64,000 nucleotides of DNA, from assembly GCA_951406725.2 (NCBI GenBank), contig OX597830.1:59892001-59956000 (forward strand), written 5' to 3'. Source of the stretch: Octopus vulgaris. Lineage: Eukaryota. Positions 12,964-24,885 of the stretch are shown piece by piece. Within the stretch, counting starts at the first letter, position 1. Every line of letters starts with the position of its first letter. Below the pieces are notes generated by a model. The model worked only from the letters and a program-made list of their open reading frames with translations. It ran no database searches and was not told the origin of the DNA. The translations under genes were made by a program, and so were the position numbers.

Positions 12964-13130
12964 TGTGTTGTGTGTTGTGTGTGTGTGTGAGTATGTATAT
13001 GAAGGGCTTCTTTCAGTTTTCGTCTACAAAATCCACTCAGATGGTTTTGGTCGGTCCGAGGCCATAGTAGAAGACACCCAAGTTACCATGCAGTAGAACT
13101 GAACCCGAAACCACGTAGTTGCAAAGCGAA
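12445..13130 (-). mobile_element. SINE family A hosting a fold-back insertion in its (TA)n
   Basis: Tail about 12445-12610, head about 13000-13130, insert at 12654-12900. Confidence 0.75.
12654..12900 (-). mobile_element. Penelope-like fold-back fragment with a 172-bp palindrome and decayed hammerhead motif
   Basis: 12726-12897 is a near-perfect palindrome flanked by (TA)n; the same tail recurs at about 50108-50213. Confidence 0.7.
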
Positions 13131-13149
13131 CTTTTTATGAAAATTACAT

Positions 13150-13610
13150 AAGGCACGTCGTCTAGTGAGCAGCAGTGTTGGGCCCATGATCGTATGGTCG
13201 TGGGTTCGATTCCTTGAACAAACACCTTTATTTCAGGTTGTTCCACCGCACTCAGCTCATAATGAGTATCAGATGCCGCTCGCCCCTCCACCTGTTCTTG
13301 CCTCCATCTGTTGCAACCGCAATTTTCTTCTGAGTCACAATGAGTTATCCAAGATGGCGTTTGTACATAAACAGGCGTGGCTGTGCGGTAAGAAGCCGGC
13401 TTCCCAACCGCACTAGGTCACTCCCTTCCATTACCTGTCGACATCACCTGTACAAGTGCAGAAGTATGTCACACGTCAGGTGTGGAAATGATAAAAGAGC
13501 AACGTGAAATGAAGTGTTTTGCTCAAGAACAAATCGCACCGCCTGGTGAGGGAATCGAAACCCTGATCTTGCGATCGTGAATGCAACACTTTACCTCGAC
13601 CACGCATTTT
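13150..13610. mobile_element. Degenerate tRNA-derived SINE fragments (family C/D-like, both orientations)
   Basis: GGTTCGATTCC B box near 13203 (+) and GGTTTCGATTCCC near 13550-13563 (-), each followed by a CTTGA-CAAA-CAC-like body. Confidence 0.55.
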
Positions 13611-13699
13611 CACATATACGTAACACCTACCTACCTACCTACCTACCTACCTACCTACCCTACCTTCCTACTTACATACATACATACATACATACGTAC

Positions 13700-13766
<67 letters not shown>

Positions 13767-14126
13767 CATACAAACATGCATGTATACATACACACTTGTA
13801 ACAAACGAAACAATAAAACTGTTGAAGTGGCCAAGTTGCAGCTGAAAATGTCGGCTGTGTCATATTTCTGTGGCAGACGTTACACGTGATCTACAGATGA
13901 CTCCAAGTTTTACCAATCTTTTGTATTCCTCTGTCGTGTGATGTTCTTGCTAAAACAATATACAATACCATACGAAGGAAGAAATACCTTAGAATAAATG
14001 TCAAACATACTTTTGGCAGCGGGTTCTTTGACACATTTAGAGTTAGAACTTTAATGGTGGGACATTCCCATCAAAATCAAACTGAGACACTGAATTTTTG
14101 ATAAGCCAACCAGGTAACTCCTATGT

Positions 14127-15224
14127 TAGTGTTTCTCAATCACTTTTCTTACCTATAGACTCCTTCAATTCCTATTTTACTCGGGTGGACCCTCATAGCC
14201 ATTTGTGGTCCGAAAAAAATCATATATTTTTATAATCTTATAATAATTCTGACGGTGAATGCATAGTGAAAAGTATTTTTAAAAAATTGAACTAAGTTTT
14301 TTTTATATCACTTATCACTTAACGCATGCGCATCCTAAACTTGCCATTCACTTAAAAGAAAGAAAACCAGCTTCCTGTTCGCCTGTCATATGCAATGATT
14401 ATCAATAAATCACTAGGGCAGACATTTGATAAAGTGGGGCTATTCTTGCCTGAACCTGTATTCGCCCACGGTCAGCTATTTGTTGCATTCTCAAAGACTC
14501 ACAAATTATCTGATGTAAGAGTTAAAGTTATCAACACTGAGAAATAAGGGGAAGTAGAGGGAGAATCTACACGAAGAACATAGTCTGCAAAGAAGTACTG
14601 GATTGAAAGGTGTACACAAATTGAAATCTGTGTAGGGCTCTGACAACATCGCCTCGGCTTATTAGTTACGAACGATGTGGGTTTCAGAGTATGCCATGTT
14701 GCATTAAATGTTTACCCCCGTCAAATTGTGACCTCTATATTTTACATATAAATAATTTTCTATACTATAAAATTTTTGCTTTCCAGATATGAAATTGTGA
14801 CCACAAACATTTTAAAATGTAATCTTTCTTGTTTATGGGGGAAATGGAAGAATAAGAGTGAATACTTATTTTATGAGAGCTGTGTATTAAGTCTATAAAA
14901 TTGTGCATAAACTATATATATAAAGTGCATTAAGTAATCATTGTATTCCAATTTCCTTCACTTTTCAATGAATAGCAAATGAGCGACTTATCTTTTGAAA
15001 CAGACACAACACAGGCAACGCTTTCACGCTTTTTGGATAATGTTTTCAAGAATAACCGAAAAGGTTTACTATTAATTCCGTGAAATATCCACGGGTCCCG
15101 CTAGTTAAATATTATTAGGAATTGCATAACAACAATTCTTAAAATATTTTGTGTTAAAAGTATGACCATTTTATTGCACATAAATTTTAACAAATCTCAT
15201 ATGGACCCCAGTCGAGAGACATTG
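14127..15224 (+). mobile_element. hAT-like MITE split by a Helitron
   Basis: Left part 14127-14235 and right part 15105-15224 rejoin to the MITE consensus; TSD TCCTATGT / CTCTATGT. Confidence 0.8.
14236..15104 (+). mobile_element. Non-autonomous Helitron with Pif1 helicase C-terminal remnant
   Basis: 5' TC, 3' hairpin CCGTG-N7-CACGG then CTAG, inserted between A and T; about 14340-14606 translates (with lesions) to [40 protein letters not shown]...TKNIVCKEVL. Confidence 0.9.
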
Positions 15225-16061
15225 CTCTATGTGGTGAATAGACTTCCTAGAAGTAGCAGCCAGATCTCTTCTTTAATCAAATCCTCTTATTCTGAAAAAG
15301 GAAGGAATAGATTAAGTAATGTAGATCTGTACACACTTCTAAAAGACGGAATGATCATGGCTAGGATGTCCTTGGTCATAGTTCAGCTCAGTCAGAACTG
15401 ACCTGAGGGTAAACAAACAGCAAGCCAAATCGGGAGCCTGTCCATGGTGGTTCAACCTGCGAGAAAGTGCACCTACAGCTTTCTCAGAACACGTTATGTT
15501 TCAATGAAAGCCAATATGATGAGTTTTTTTTTCTTCATTTTTGTCTTCTAGTCAGAAGGAAATTATTGTTCATGGCCAGTTACAGGGCCTTCCGAGGCTG
15601 GTGGGTTGGTGCGTGGGTGGAAGCAGAAAGATATCCTTCAACCGGAAAACTTATACAAATGCTGACGACAGAGTGGACTCCGCTAAAGGTACTAAGGGCT
15701 GGTAGTGCTGAACTGGGTGACGTGTTGCTTGTATCACCTAAGATGTCCATGTTGGGATTTTAACTCAGAACGCTAAGAATCGGAAGAAATACCGCGTCAT
15801 TCTGTTCATCGTTCTTACGCTCTTGCCAATCCATCGCTTTGGATTGGTACTTAATTTATCGACCGCGAAAAGATGAAAGGTGATGTTAATCTTGGTGTGA
15901 TTCGAACTCTGAGAGCTGACAATCGGAACAAATACTGCAATAGGCCACATCGGACCTTCGAATTAGCGGTACAATCCTTCCGTTGTTCTTTCAAACAGTT
16001 TGCGTCCACGCAGTTTCAGTCGTATTGTCGAGCAGTATGAACGTGTATGTATGAACATGTG

Positions 16062-16738
16062 TATTGAAAGTGTTTTACGTAGGATGTGCGCGGTGCCTAG
16101 TAGTGCTATTTTCTGTATATTATATATACTTCTACGTCCTGTTATGTATTTGTCTGGATGTTTTCATCATACCTAATGTCCCTACTATAGTAGGAATTGT
16201 TTCTGTTTTTAAACTCTACATTCTGGTTACCTCTATTTCCAGGTCTTTGTATTTTGAAAGTTTTTCCGTTTCTTTTAGAGAAACGTTGTCATCTGTTGGT
16301 ATTGATATATCGATTGGAAAACATTTTTTTTTATGATCTCTGACAACTATATCCGGTCTATTAGCCTTAATTTCTATATCTGTGTGTATTGGCATATCCC
16401 ATTGTATGGTTGCTTTCTCATGTTTTGTGACATTTTCTGGCGTGTGCCTTTACCATCTTTTTCTGTTGTTGGCATAGCTTCCAGTGCATATAGATCCCAA
16501 CTCTGTCGAGCCTGTGAATATATTCCTTTTTAGCCAGGACTGGACAGCCAGAGACAAAATAGTTTATTTTTTTCTTGTCCATCTCCTCATATACTGCTTT
16601 ACTTGTTATGTTTCTTTTCATTATATGTTTTTGGGAATTTCTGGTGGGAAGGCTTTGGTCTTATGCTGCAATTAAAAATCCTTCAGCAATTGGGATTTTG
16701 CCTTGTCTATTTCTTTTTCGTTTAGTTTAACCCAGTAT
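16062..16738 (-). pseudogene. R4/Dong-type LINE 3' fragment (CCHC-RLE region)
   Basis: SGCPVLAKKEYIHRLDRVGIYMHWKLC and terminal QKIALLGTAHILRKTLS, homologous to 31110-31778. Confidence 0.85.
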
Positions 16739-17969
16739 TCGTGTTGTTGTTGTTGTTGTTGTTTTTGATGTTATTTTAATTATAAAAGTACGAGTTGGCA
16801 GAATCGTTAGCATGCCGGACAAAATGCTTAGTGGCATTTCGTCTGTTTATACGTTGTGAGTTCAAATTCCACCGAAATCGACTTTGCCTGTCATCCTTTC
16901 GGGGTCGATGGAATAAGTGTCTATTCAGGCTTTGTTCGTGGAGTAGGAAGGGTTATATTATATTTGTGTGCGTTTACAACTATAGACTATACGATCAATT
17001 TATACATTTTTGATCACTGGGGTTTAACTATTCAGAGATGCCATCAACAAGAAAACCAATAGTCAAGTTAAAATTATCATATGCAATGTAGTAAGCATTA
17101 AGCACCTATTTAGAAATACGCAGTGGTTAAAATACAGCATTAGGTCAATAAGTAGTATTATTTTAATTCTTTCAGCAAGTAGTAGAGGCAAATCCGGTCA
17201 TCTTCTGTCTTTATTGGACCTCCTCAGTGAAACATACTCTTGGCAGTAAAAGGTACATGTGGTCTATCATGTGATCTTGGGTTCTTTGGTTCAGTTCCTC
17301 GATGATGCACCAATAGCCTCAGGTTGAATAAAGCTTTGTGTGGGTATTTGTCCGACGGAAACTGAAAGAAGGCCGTCGTGTGTGTGTGTATGTGTGTATG
17401 TGTGCGTGTGTGCATGTGTGTATGTGTGTGTGTGTGCCTGCGTCTGTGTGTGTGTGTGTGTGTGTGCATTTTTGTGTTTATATTGCCTTCGTCAGCCACT
17501 AGTACTTGACGACCGCTGTTGGTTTGTTTACGTCTCCGAAATCTAGCGGTTCAGCAAAAAAAAAAAAAATACTCTGGCAAAATGAATACCAGGCTTTAAA
17601 AGAAAATGTCCCAGGACCGATTTGTTTGACTAAATTCTCCAAGGCGGTGTCCCAGTAAGGTCGTAGATAAAAAATATAAAATGAATTACCATCATCTCTC
17701 GGTAATTAACTTGAGTGATTTATGTTTTTTTTTATATTTTCGTTTACCCCACCTCCGGCTGTTTAGTGGTTCTCGCATCACCACTTCAGTAAGTACCAAG
17801 ACGTCCACGGTCCGCTGAAGAGGTTCAATAACAATGAAATATCTCCAGAGTTATTTCTCGTACAGTCCAAAATAATTAGAATTATGTAAGTTATTGAAAT
17901 GATGCAAACATATATTTTTAATTAAATTGTTGATGTTCAGTGTATTGAACATGTTGATAATAATATCGA

Positions 17970-18029
17970 ACAGTAACCGATCGTCATCACAGTAACCGAT
18001 CGTCATCACAGTAACCGATCGTCATCACA
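17970..18029. repeat. 19-bp tandem repeat, three copies (ACAGTAACCGATCGTCATC)
   Basis: Three exact adjacent copies without spacers. Confidence 0.9.
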
Positions 18030-18234
18030 TTTGTTTAAAATATTTTGCAGTTTCGGCAGATTTTCTTCCCTGTTTCATTTCAAAATTTCAATTTACAAAC
18101 CGTCGAGTTAGCAATCCTAAAATCCTCTAAGTGGCATCTTGCATATTAGGATCAAGGGTGACTTACTCTATATTCAGATTATAAATATTATCAGGTCACA
18201 CACACACACGCATACACACACACACACAAACACA

Positions 18235-18278
<44 letters not shown>

Positions 18279-18382
18279 ATCACCACATATATATAAATAC
18301 GCAACTCACACCCACACATATATATGTATTTATGTATGTATGTATGTGTTTGTATATATGCCTATGTATATGTATGTGTATG

Positions 18383-18483
<101 letters not shown>

Positions 18484-18882
18484 CTATATATGCATGTAGG
18501 TACGTAGGTAAGTATGCAAGCCATATATTTCGAAGTTATAGCTGAACTTTCCAAAATGTTCAAATTAGCGACTCACTTTTTAAGAATATTTTTTTTCCGT
18601 GACGCCTTAAGTTTTATTAGCAATGCGAAATTAATAAATGAACTAAATTTCGTATCACATGTCGCCAGCCGCACACTAAAGTGTCGGGACACACAGTAAG
18701 GAATCGTCTGCATTATATAGGATTATAAGTTATTTTTAATTGACGTTTTGTAAATTGAAATTTGAAGGAAATCTGCTGCTATTTCAAGAAAACACCAAAC
18801 GGGTGATTTGACAACAATCTGTTCTGATCATATAAGTCCATCTTGGATTGCATGCAGAAATGTATACGTGTATGTGTATATA

Positions 18883-19045
18883 GGCGCAGGAGTGGCTGTG
18901 TGGTAAGTAGCTTGTTTACAAACCACATGGTTCTGGGTTCAGTCCCACTGCGTGGCACCTTGGGCAAGTGTCTTCTACTATAGCCTCGGGCCGACCAAAG
19001 CCTTGTGAGTGGATTTGGTAGACGGAAACTGAAAGAAGCCCGCCC

Positions 19046-19103
<58 letters not shown>

Positions 19104-19303
19104 TGTGTCTGTGTTTGTCCCCCTAGCATTGCTTGACAACCGATGCTGGTGTGTTTACGTCCCCGTCACTTAGCGGTTCGGCAAAAGAGACCGATAGAAT
19201 AAGTACTGGGCTTACAAAATAATAAGACCCAGGGTCGAGTTGCTCGACTAAAAGGCGGTGCTCCAGCATAGCCGCAGTCAAATGACTGAAACAAGTAAAA
19301 GAG
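18883..19303 (+). mobile_element. SINE family A, full-length reference-like copy
   Basis: GGCGCAGGAGTGGCTGTGTGG...GGTTCAGTCCC head; CORE-like ACCTTGGGCAAGTGTCTT; (TA)n(TG)n centre; tail ...GACTGAAACAAGTAAAAGAG. Confidence 0.92.
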
Positions 19304-19445
19304 TATACACACGTACACACATATGTATTCGAACACGCACACAGACATAGACATGATTATATGTTTAAAATTCCTTTTATAAAAGCCAAAAACAATGCAA
19401 GATATAAGAAGTAATACAAGTTGATCGTTTGTACTTTTACCTAAT

Positions 19446-19485
19446 ATTTCGATATTTCGGGGTCAAGACCTCTTCTTCAGGAAAT
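19446..19485 (-). ncRNA. Minimal type I hammerhead ribozyme motif
   Basis: Minus strand AUUUC CUGAAGA A GAGGUC UU GACCCC GAAA UA UC GAAAU: 5-bp stem I, canonical core, palindromic AUAU stem III. Confidence 0.7.
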
Positions 19486-19620
19486 CTTCGGAAAATTTCT
19501 GTTGTCAAAACCATTTCTCTGAAATACAAGGTAAAATGTACGAACCATCGACTCGTATTATTTCTCATAACTTGCGTTATTCTCACGACACATACACATC
19601 AGACAATGCTTCATGAAAAC

Positions 19621-20031
19621 TAAACTAATATGTTACGGAGATGTACTTGCATAGCAAGTGACCTGATCTGAGATCGTGCGCTGGAGCAAAAACAATTGCA
19701 GCGTGGAAGGTGTTTATAAACCATTTAAGAAATACACAAAATCCGTTAGATTCACTTCAACATTTAAATTTAATTTGCCGAAATATTTTCGTCGCTATAA
19801 GACCGCGACCTGTTCAATGACAAAATTCCGTGCTGCATCTCGGAATTTTGTCAGTGAACAGGTCGCGGTCTCATAGCGACGAAAATATAATCTCTTTAGC
19901 AATCAGATAACATATAAGCGACGAAAATATTTTGACAAATTTAATTTAAATGATGCAGTGAATCTAACGGATTTGATGTGTTTCTTAAATGGCTTATAAA
20001 CACCTTCCACGCTGCAATTGTTAAACTAGTA

Positions 20032-20033
<2 letters not shown>
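19621..20033. mobile_element. Fold-back (Penelope-like) insertion with about 140-bp inverted arms and a 12-bp TSD-like duplication
   Basis: Arms 19691-19830 and 19841-20022; flanks TAAACTAATATG (19621-19632) / TAAACTAGTATG (20022-20033). Confidence 0.75.
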
Positions 20034-20075
<42 letters not shown>

Positions 20076-20098
20076 TAAATAAATACATACATACATAA

Positions 20099-20131
<33 letters not shown>

Positions 20132-20202
20132 ACACTTCTTATATATAACACGGAAATAACACTTCTTCACTCTCAGATATAAATGCGCACACACACACAC
20201 AC

Positions 20203-20250
<48 letters not shown>

Positions 20251-20446
20251 TTTCTCTCTGTCTCACTTCCTCCTCACCCACTACTACGAAACTATAAAAA
20301 GGTTCAAACTACCCACAACTGATTTGATTTGAAAACCCACTAGAATGGGAGCAAGCGCTAATCCGAATGATATGATATATATGTAAAAAATGTAATATAT
20401 AAATAAATATCTACAAATATGAACCATCTGATCTGATTACCTCAAT

Positions 20447-20498
<52 letters not shown>

Positions 20499-21195
20499 TG
20501 TATGTACATGTGTTTTTATGCCGGATGTGTCGAAACGATCGTTGTGAGCAATAAACTTGCCCGTGTTTTCCATTTTCCGTCTCTACCATTTGTTTTATAC
20601 ATACATACGCATATATTCTTTTACTTGTTTCAGTCATTTGACTGCGGCCGTGTTGGAGCACCGCTTTTAGTCGAACAAATCGCCCCCAGGACTTATTCTT
20701 TGTAAGCCTAGTATTCTACCAGTCCATTTTGCCGAACCGCTAGGTTACGGGGGACATTAACATACTAACATCGGCTGTCAAGCGATGGTGGGGGAGGACA
20801 AACACATACACAACACCTCCCGATGTCTTTCTATTTATTCTATTTCCTTTAGGAGTTTCTCCCAGGCGTTACCCATTACTATTCGCCTTGGCCTAACAGC
20901 CCTTAACGTTTCTTTTCGTCGGTTGTTTACTTTGTACGTCCACTCTGTTGTTGTTTCTTCGTTCGAAGCTTTAACTCTCTACAAATTTTATATTTTTAAA
21001 ATTTCTGGATGCTGCTGTCATACGAAGTTTTCCTATCTTGTCGTTAAAAGCATGAAATGGGTCAGTAAAACAATCGACAATTGATGTGCGAGTTATCCTG
21101 CACTTGTCTCGCGTGTATTTACGTACTTTTCACCGGTTGGTGATGTCTTGTATTTATTGTGGATGCTTTGGTATTTTGTCCTGGACTTAATATGC

Positions 21196-21253
<58 letters not shown>

Positions 21254-21257
<4 letters not shown>

Positions 21258-21455
21258 TAATCCAAACAAGAAAACAAAAAGACAACAACGCGAGGATGTG
21301 GAACAAATAAAGTATTATTGGACGCTCAGGAAAGAAGGGAAGAAGGAGGGTATGACGTTTCGAGCGGAGCTCTTCGTCGGAAACATAGGAGAAAGAAAGA
21401 TCCCGAGGCGGGAGGACAGAGGGAAAAAAATTGCAGCTAGTCTTCCCAAGGTCAC
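21254..21455 (-). mobile_element. Penelope-like terminal fragment (family F) with minimal HHR motif at 21351-21383
   Basis: UUU CCGACGA A GAGCUCCGCUC GAAA CG UC; 3' end abuts (TA)n. Confidence 0.7.
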
Positions 21456-22673
21456 ATACTGAAAAGACGGAAGTGGTGAAAAAGGAGGAACATGTTTTTA
21501 AAAACAGGAGAGCTGAATCAAAGAAGGAATGGTAAAAAGGTGTGCGAGATGACAAGGGTGTGTGTGTGTGAGTGTGTGCGTGTGTGTGTATGTGTGTGTA
21601 TGGTGGACAATGGCTAGTGGCAGGCAGTAGTAGAATTAAAGGAGTGCTGTGGGGGTACCCTACCAAGTCAGGAAGGCAGGTCAGAAACAGGGAGGTATGT
21701 GTGTGTGCGTGTATATGTATCGTGTGTGTGTTTTGTTGTAGTATGTGTGAGTGTACGTGTGCGTTTTTTTGTGTGTATGGCGAGTAACTGTGCTTAACTA
21801 AGTGTATGTGTGCGTGTGTGCTTGTACGTGCGTATTTGTATAATTGTGTGCGTGTATGTATGGTTGTGTGCTGTATGGGATGTGTGTGTGGGTTCATTTG
21901 TGTGTGTGTGCGTGTGTATGTATGTGCGTTGAGTTTCTTTTTGCGCGTGTGCGTGCGTATGTGTGCGCATGTTTTGGTGTGCGTATGTATGTGTGTGTCT
22001 GTGCTTATATGTGTATACGTATGTGTATGTGTGCGTGCGCGTGGAGGTATATGTTGTGTGTATGTATATGTGTCGGTGTGTATGTGAATTAGTGTGTGTT
22101 TGTACGTGTGTAAGTGTGTGTGCGTGTATTGTATATATATGTAAATGTGTGTGTGTACGTGCGTGGGAGTGAATGTATGTATGTATGTGCGTGTGTGTAC
22201 AAAATGTAGGGGTTTATATGTATGTTTATATGTTTATATGTGTGTATATATATATGCATGCAAGGACACACTTCGCAACTGAAAGACTGATGGAGAAGAC
22301 TCTTGGGGTAAAGGGCGCATGCGAATCCCCAGGCACAACGCACACGCCCAGACGTTCGCCCGAAATAAAGCCAGACACCACAGGCATGCGTGCATGCATG
22401 TATGTATGCGTGCGTGCGCGCGCGCATGCATGTGTGTGCATGCGAGTGTGTATGTAGGTATGTGTGTGTGTATGTATGTATGTATGCGTGAGTGTGTATG
22501 TGTGTATGTCTGTGTGTATGTATGTCCGTATGAGTGTATGTAAGTATGTGTGTGTATATGTGTATGTGTATGTGTGTGTGCGTGTATGTATGTGTGTATG
22601 TATGTATGTGTGTGTATGTGTGTATGTGTGTATGTATGTATGTGTGTATGTGTGGAAGTGTGTGTGTGTGTGT

Positions 22674-22878
22674 ATGACCGCGTGTGTATCGTTGGCGATT
22701 TTCTTTCTCCGTCTTCCCTTCCTTGGACCTTTCCTTTTTCTATGTTTCTGACGAAGAGTTCCGCTCGTAACGTCAAATCCCCCTTCTTTCTTTCCTTTCC
22801 TAAGCGTTCAATAACACTATACTTGTTCCACATCCTCACATTGTTGTGTTTTCTCTTTGTTCATGTTTGGAGTAACTA
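22674..22878 (+). mobile_element. Family F fragment with HHR motif at 22745-22777
   Basis: UUU CUGACGA A GAGUUCCGCUC GUAA CG UC AAA (GAAA mutated); 3' end abuts (TA)n. Confidence 0.7.
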
Positions 22879-22909
22879 TATATACATATATATATATATA
22901 TATTTATAA

Positions 22910-23077
22910 AAATGGTAAGATAACAGAAGAAATAAAGAGACCTCGATATTATGTAAAATAGAGGAATTTATCTGTAAATGTAATATGAGACAATTATTCG
23001 TGGATTTCCACCTCGGCATCCGAAACTCGAAGTTTTATCATGGGTACCGAATAATTGCCTCATATTACATTTACATT

Positions 23078-23078
<1 letters not shown>
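22910..23078. mobile_element. Fold-back fragment related to the HHR element at about 37550-37680
   Basis: Inverted arms 22973-23000 / 23048-23075; shares TAATATG-GACAATTATTCG with 37561-37580; retains the GAAA CUCGAAG half motif. Confidence 0.6.
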
Positions 23079-23112
<34 letters not shown>

Positions 23113-23186
23113 TTTCCTGAGCGCCTATTAATAATAATACTGTAATTGTTCCATTGTTGTTGTTTTTTTGTTTTCCCGTTTGGATT

Positions 23187-23217
<31 letters not shown>

Positions 23218-23534
23218 CGACGGGCTTTTTTCAGTTTCCGTCAACCAAATCTCACAAGGCTTTGGTCGGACCCAGGCTATAGTAGGAGACACTTGCCGAA
23301 GGTGCCACGTAGTTGGACTGAACCTGGAACCATGTGGCTGGTAAGCAAGCTACATACCACACACCCACTCTTGCGCCTATACATATATACATATGTACAC
23401 GGCGGGCTTCTTTCAGTTTCCGCCTACTAAATTCACTCACAAGGCTTTTGTCGACCCGAGGCTATAGTAGACACCTGCCCAAGGTATCACGCGGTGGGCA
23501 AGCTTCTTACCACACAACGATATATATATGCATA

Positions 23535-23566
<32 letters not shown>

Positions 23567-23591
23567 CATACATACATACATACATACATAC

Positions 23592-23630
<39 letters not shown>

Positions 23631-23689
23631 TATATAATATATATACATTATATATACATCATACATACATGCATACATACATACATTCA

Positions 23690-23744
<55 letters not shown>

Positions 23745-24420
23745 AAAACAAAAGAAAGTCGTGGAAGGACAACACTGGTTAAGTATACCTATACACACAC
23801 ATATATATATAAGTGTATGTATTTGTACGTACGTACATACATACATACATACATACATACATACAAACATACATTCATACATACATACGTATTATGTATT
23901 TATGTACGGTATATGTGAAAGAATGAAAAATGTATTTTAAAAAGAAACGAAAATGTCATATTTAAAGCGAACACAACCCCGTCTTTCAAAATGTATTTAA
24001 GAAAACACGAACAAATATCGGAATATAGGAGAGAGAAAAAAATAGTAAAAACTACGATTGAAAAAATGTGTGCTGAAAGAATATAAAGTTATTATTTATT
24101 CAATTCTAATTTGTTTCGGTGCTTGAATCAACTTGGTCTGGTCTGTATGTGCCAAATATCTGACGGGACGCCAGTTTTTCAGCCTCGCAGCGTCAGCCAG
24201 GCGCCATTATGTAACTGGTTGGCGCCATTTGAAATATCTGACACAACTAGATTAGATGTCTTCTTACTCGCCTCTCTCATACTACTACTCCTCATTGTTC
24301 AGCTTACCGCTGCTGTTGTTGTTGTTGTTGTTGTTGTTGTTGTAGCTGTAGCTGTTACGGCTGTTATTCTGCTTGCAGTTGTTCTAGCTTTCGCTGGCTT
24401 ATATTCGCGTTTTTGTTTGT

Positions 24421-24553
24421 TGTTGTTTCTCCATTGCTTAATGCTGCCGATGTTATTCCTCTTTCTAATCGCCGTTGTAATTGTTGTTGTTGTTTCTCCA
24501 TTGCTTAATGCTGCCGATGTTATTCCTCTTTCTAATCGCCGTTGTAATTGTTG
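24421..24553. repeat. 67-bp tandem duplication
   Basis: TGTTGTTTCTCCATTGCTTAATGCTGCCGATG... starts at 24421 and again at 24488. Confidence 0.85.
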
Positions 24554-24844
24554 TAGTTGTTGTTACTTAGGCCCGAGTCAAACCTGAATAGACTTTATGA
24601 TAAAAAGTCTATCCCCACCTGAGGGCCATCCCGTTTCTTTACCACCTGCAGGCAGCCCAGCATCACATTATCCAACGTGTCCTCTATCTTAAAACGGTAG
24701 AATTTGATTTCAAAGGAGATTTGGCTGCTATTTCTAGCTGGTTGAGTGACTATTTAGAGGCTTCCTCGTTACCGGTTTTTACTGTTTTAGACCGTTGGAT
24801 ATTTGTGTGTGTGTGTGTGTGTGTGCGCGCGCGCGCGCGCGCGC

Positions 24845-24885
<41 letters not shown>

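Larger units (their letters stand above)
20618..23378 (-). mobile_element. SINE family A apparently split by about 2.4 kb of nested insertions
   Basis: 3' half at about 20618-20810 and 5' half at about 23216-23378, same orientation, both breaking at the microsatellite position. Confidence 0.55.

Noticed and set aside
17970-18029. CRISPR-like repeat
   Set aside because: Adjacent 19-bp units with no spacers, no cas genes, eukaryotic context
18883-18955. tRNA gene (also the heads at 5344 and 9572)
   Set aside because: A and B boxes are present, but there is no complete cloverleaf and the sequence continues into a multi-copy SINE body
20521-20560. GAAA CGATCG TT half hammerhead
   Set aside because: The 5' core is absent; at most a truncated tail
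21254-22878. Single element with inverted termini
   Set aside because: The two family F ends are clearly diverged from each other, more consistent with independent insertions
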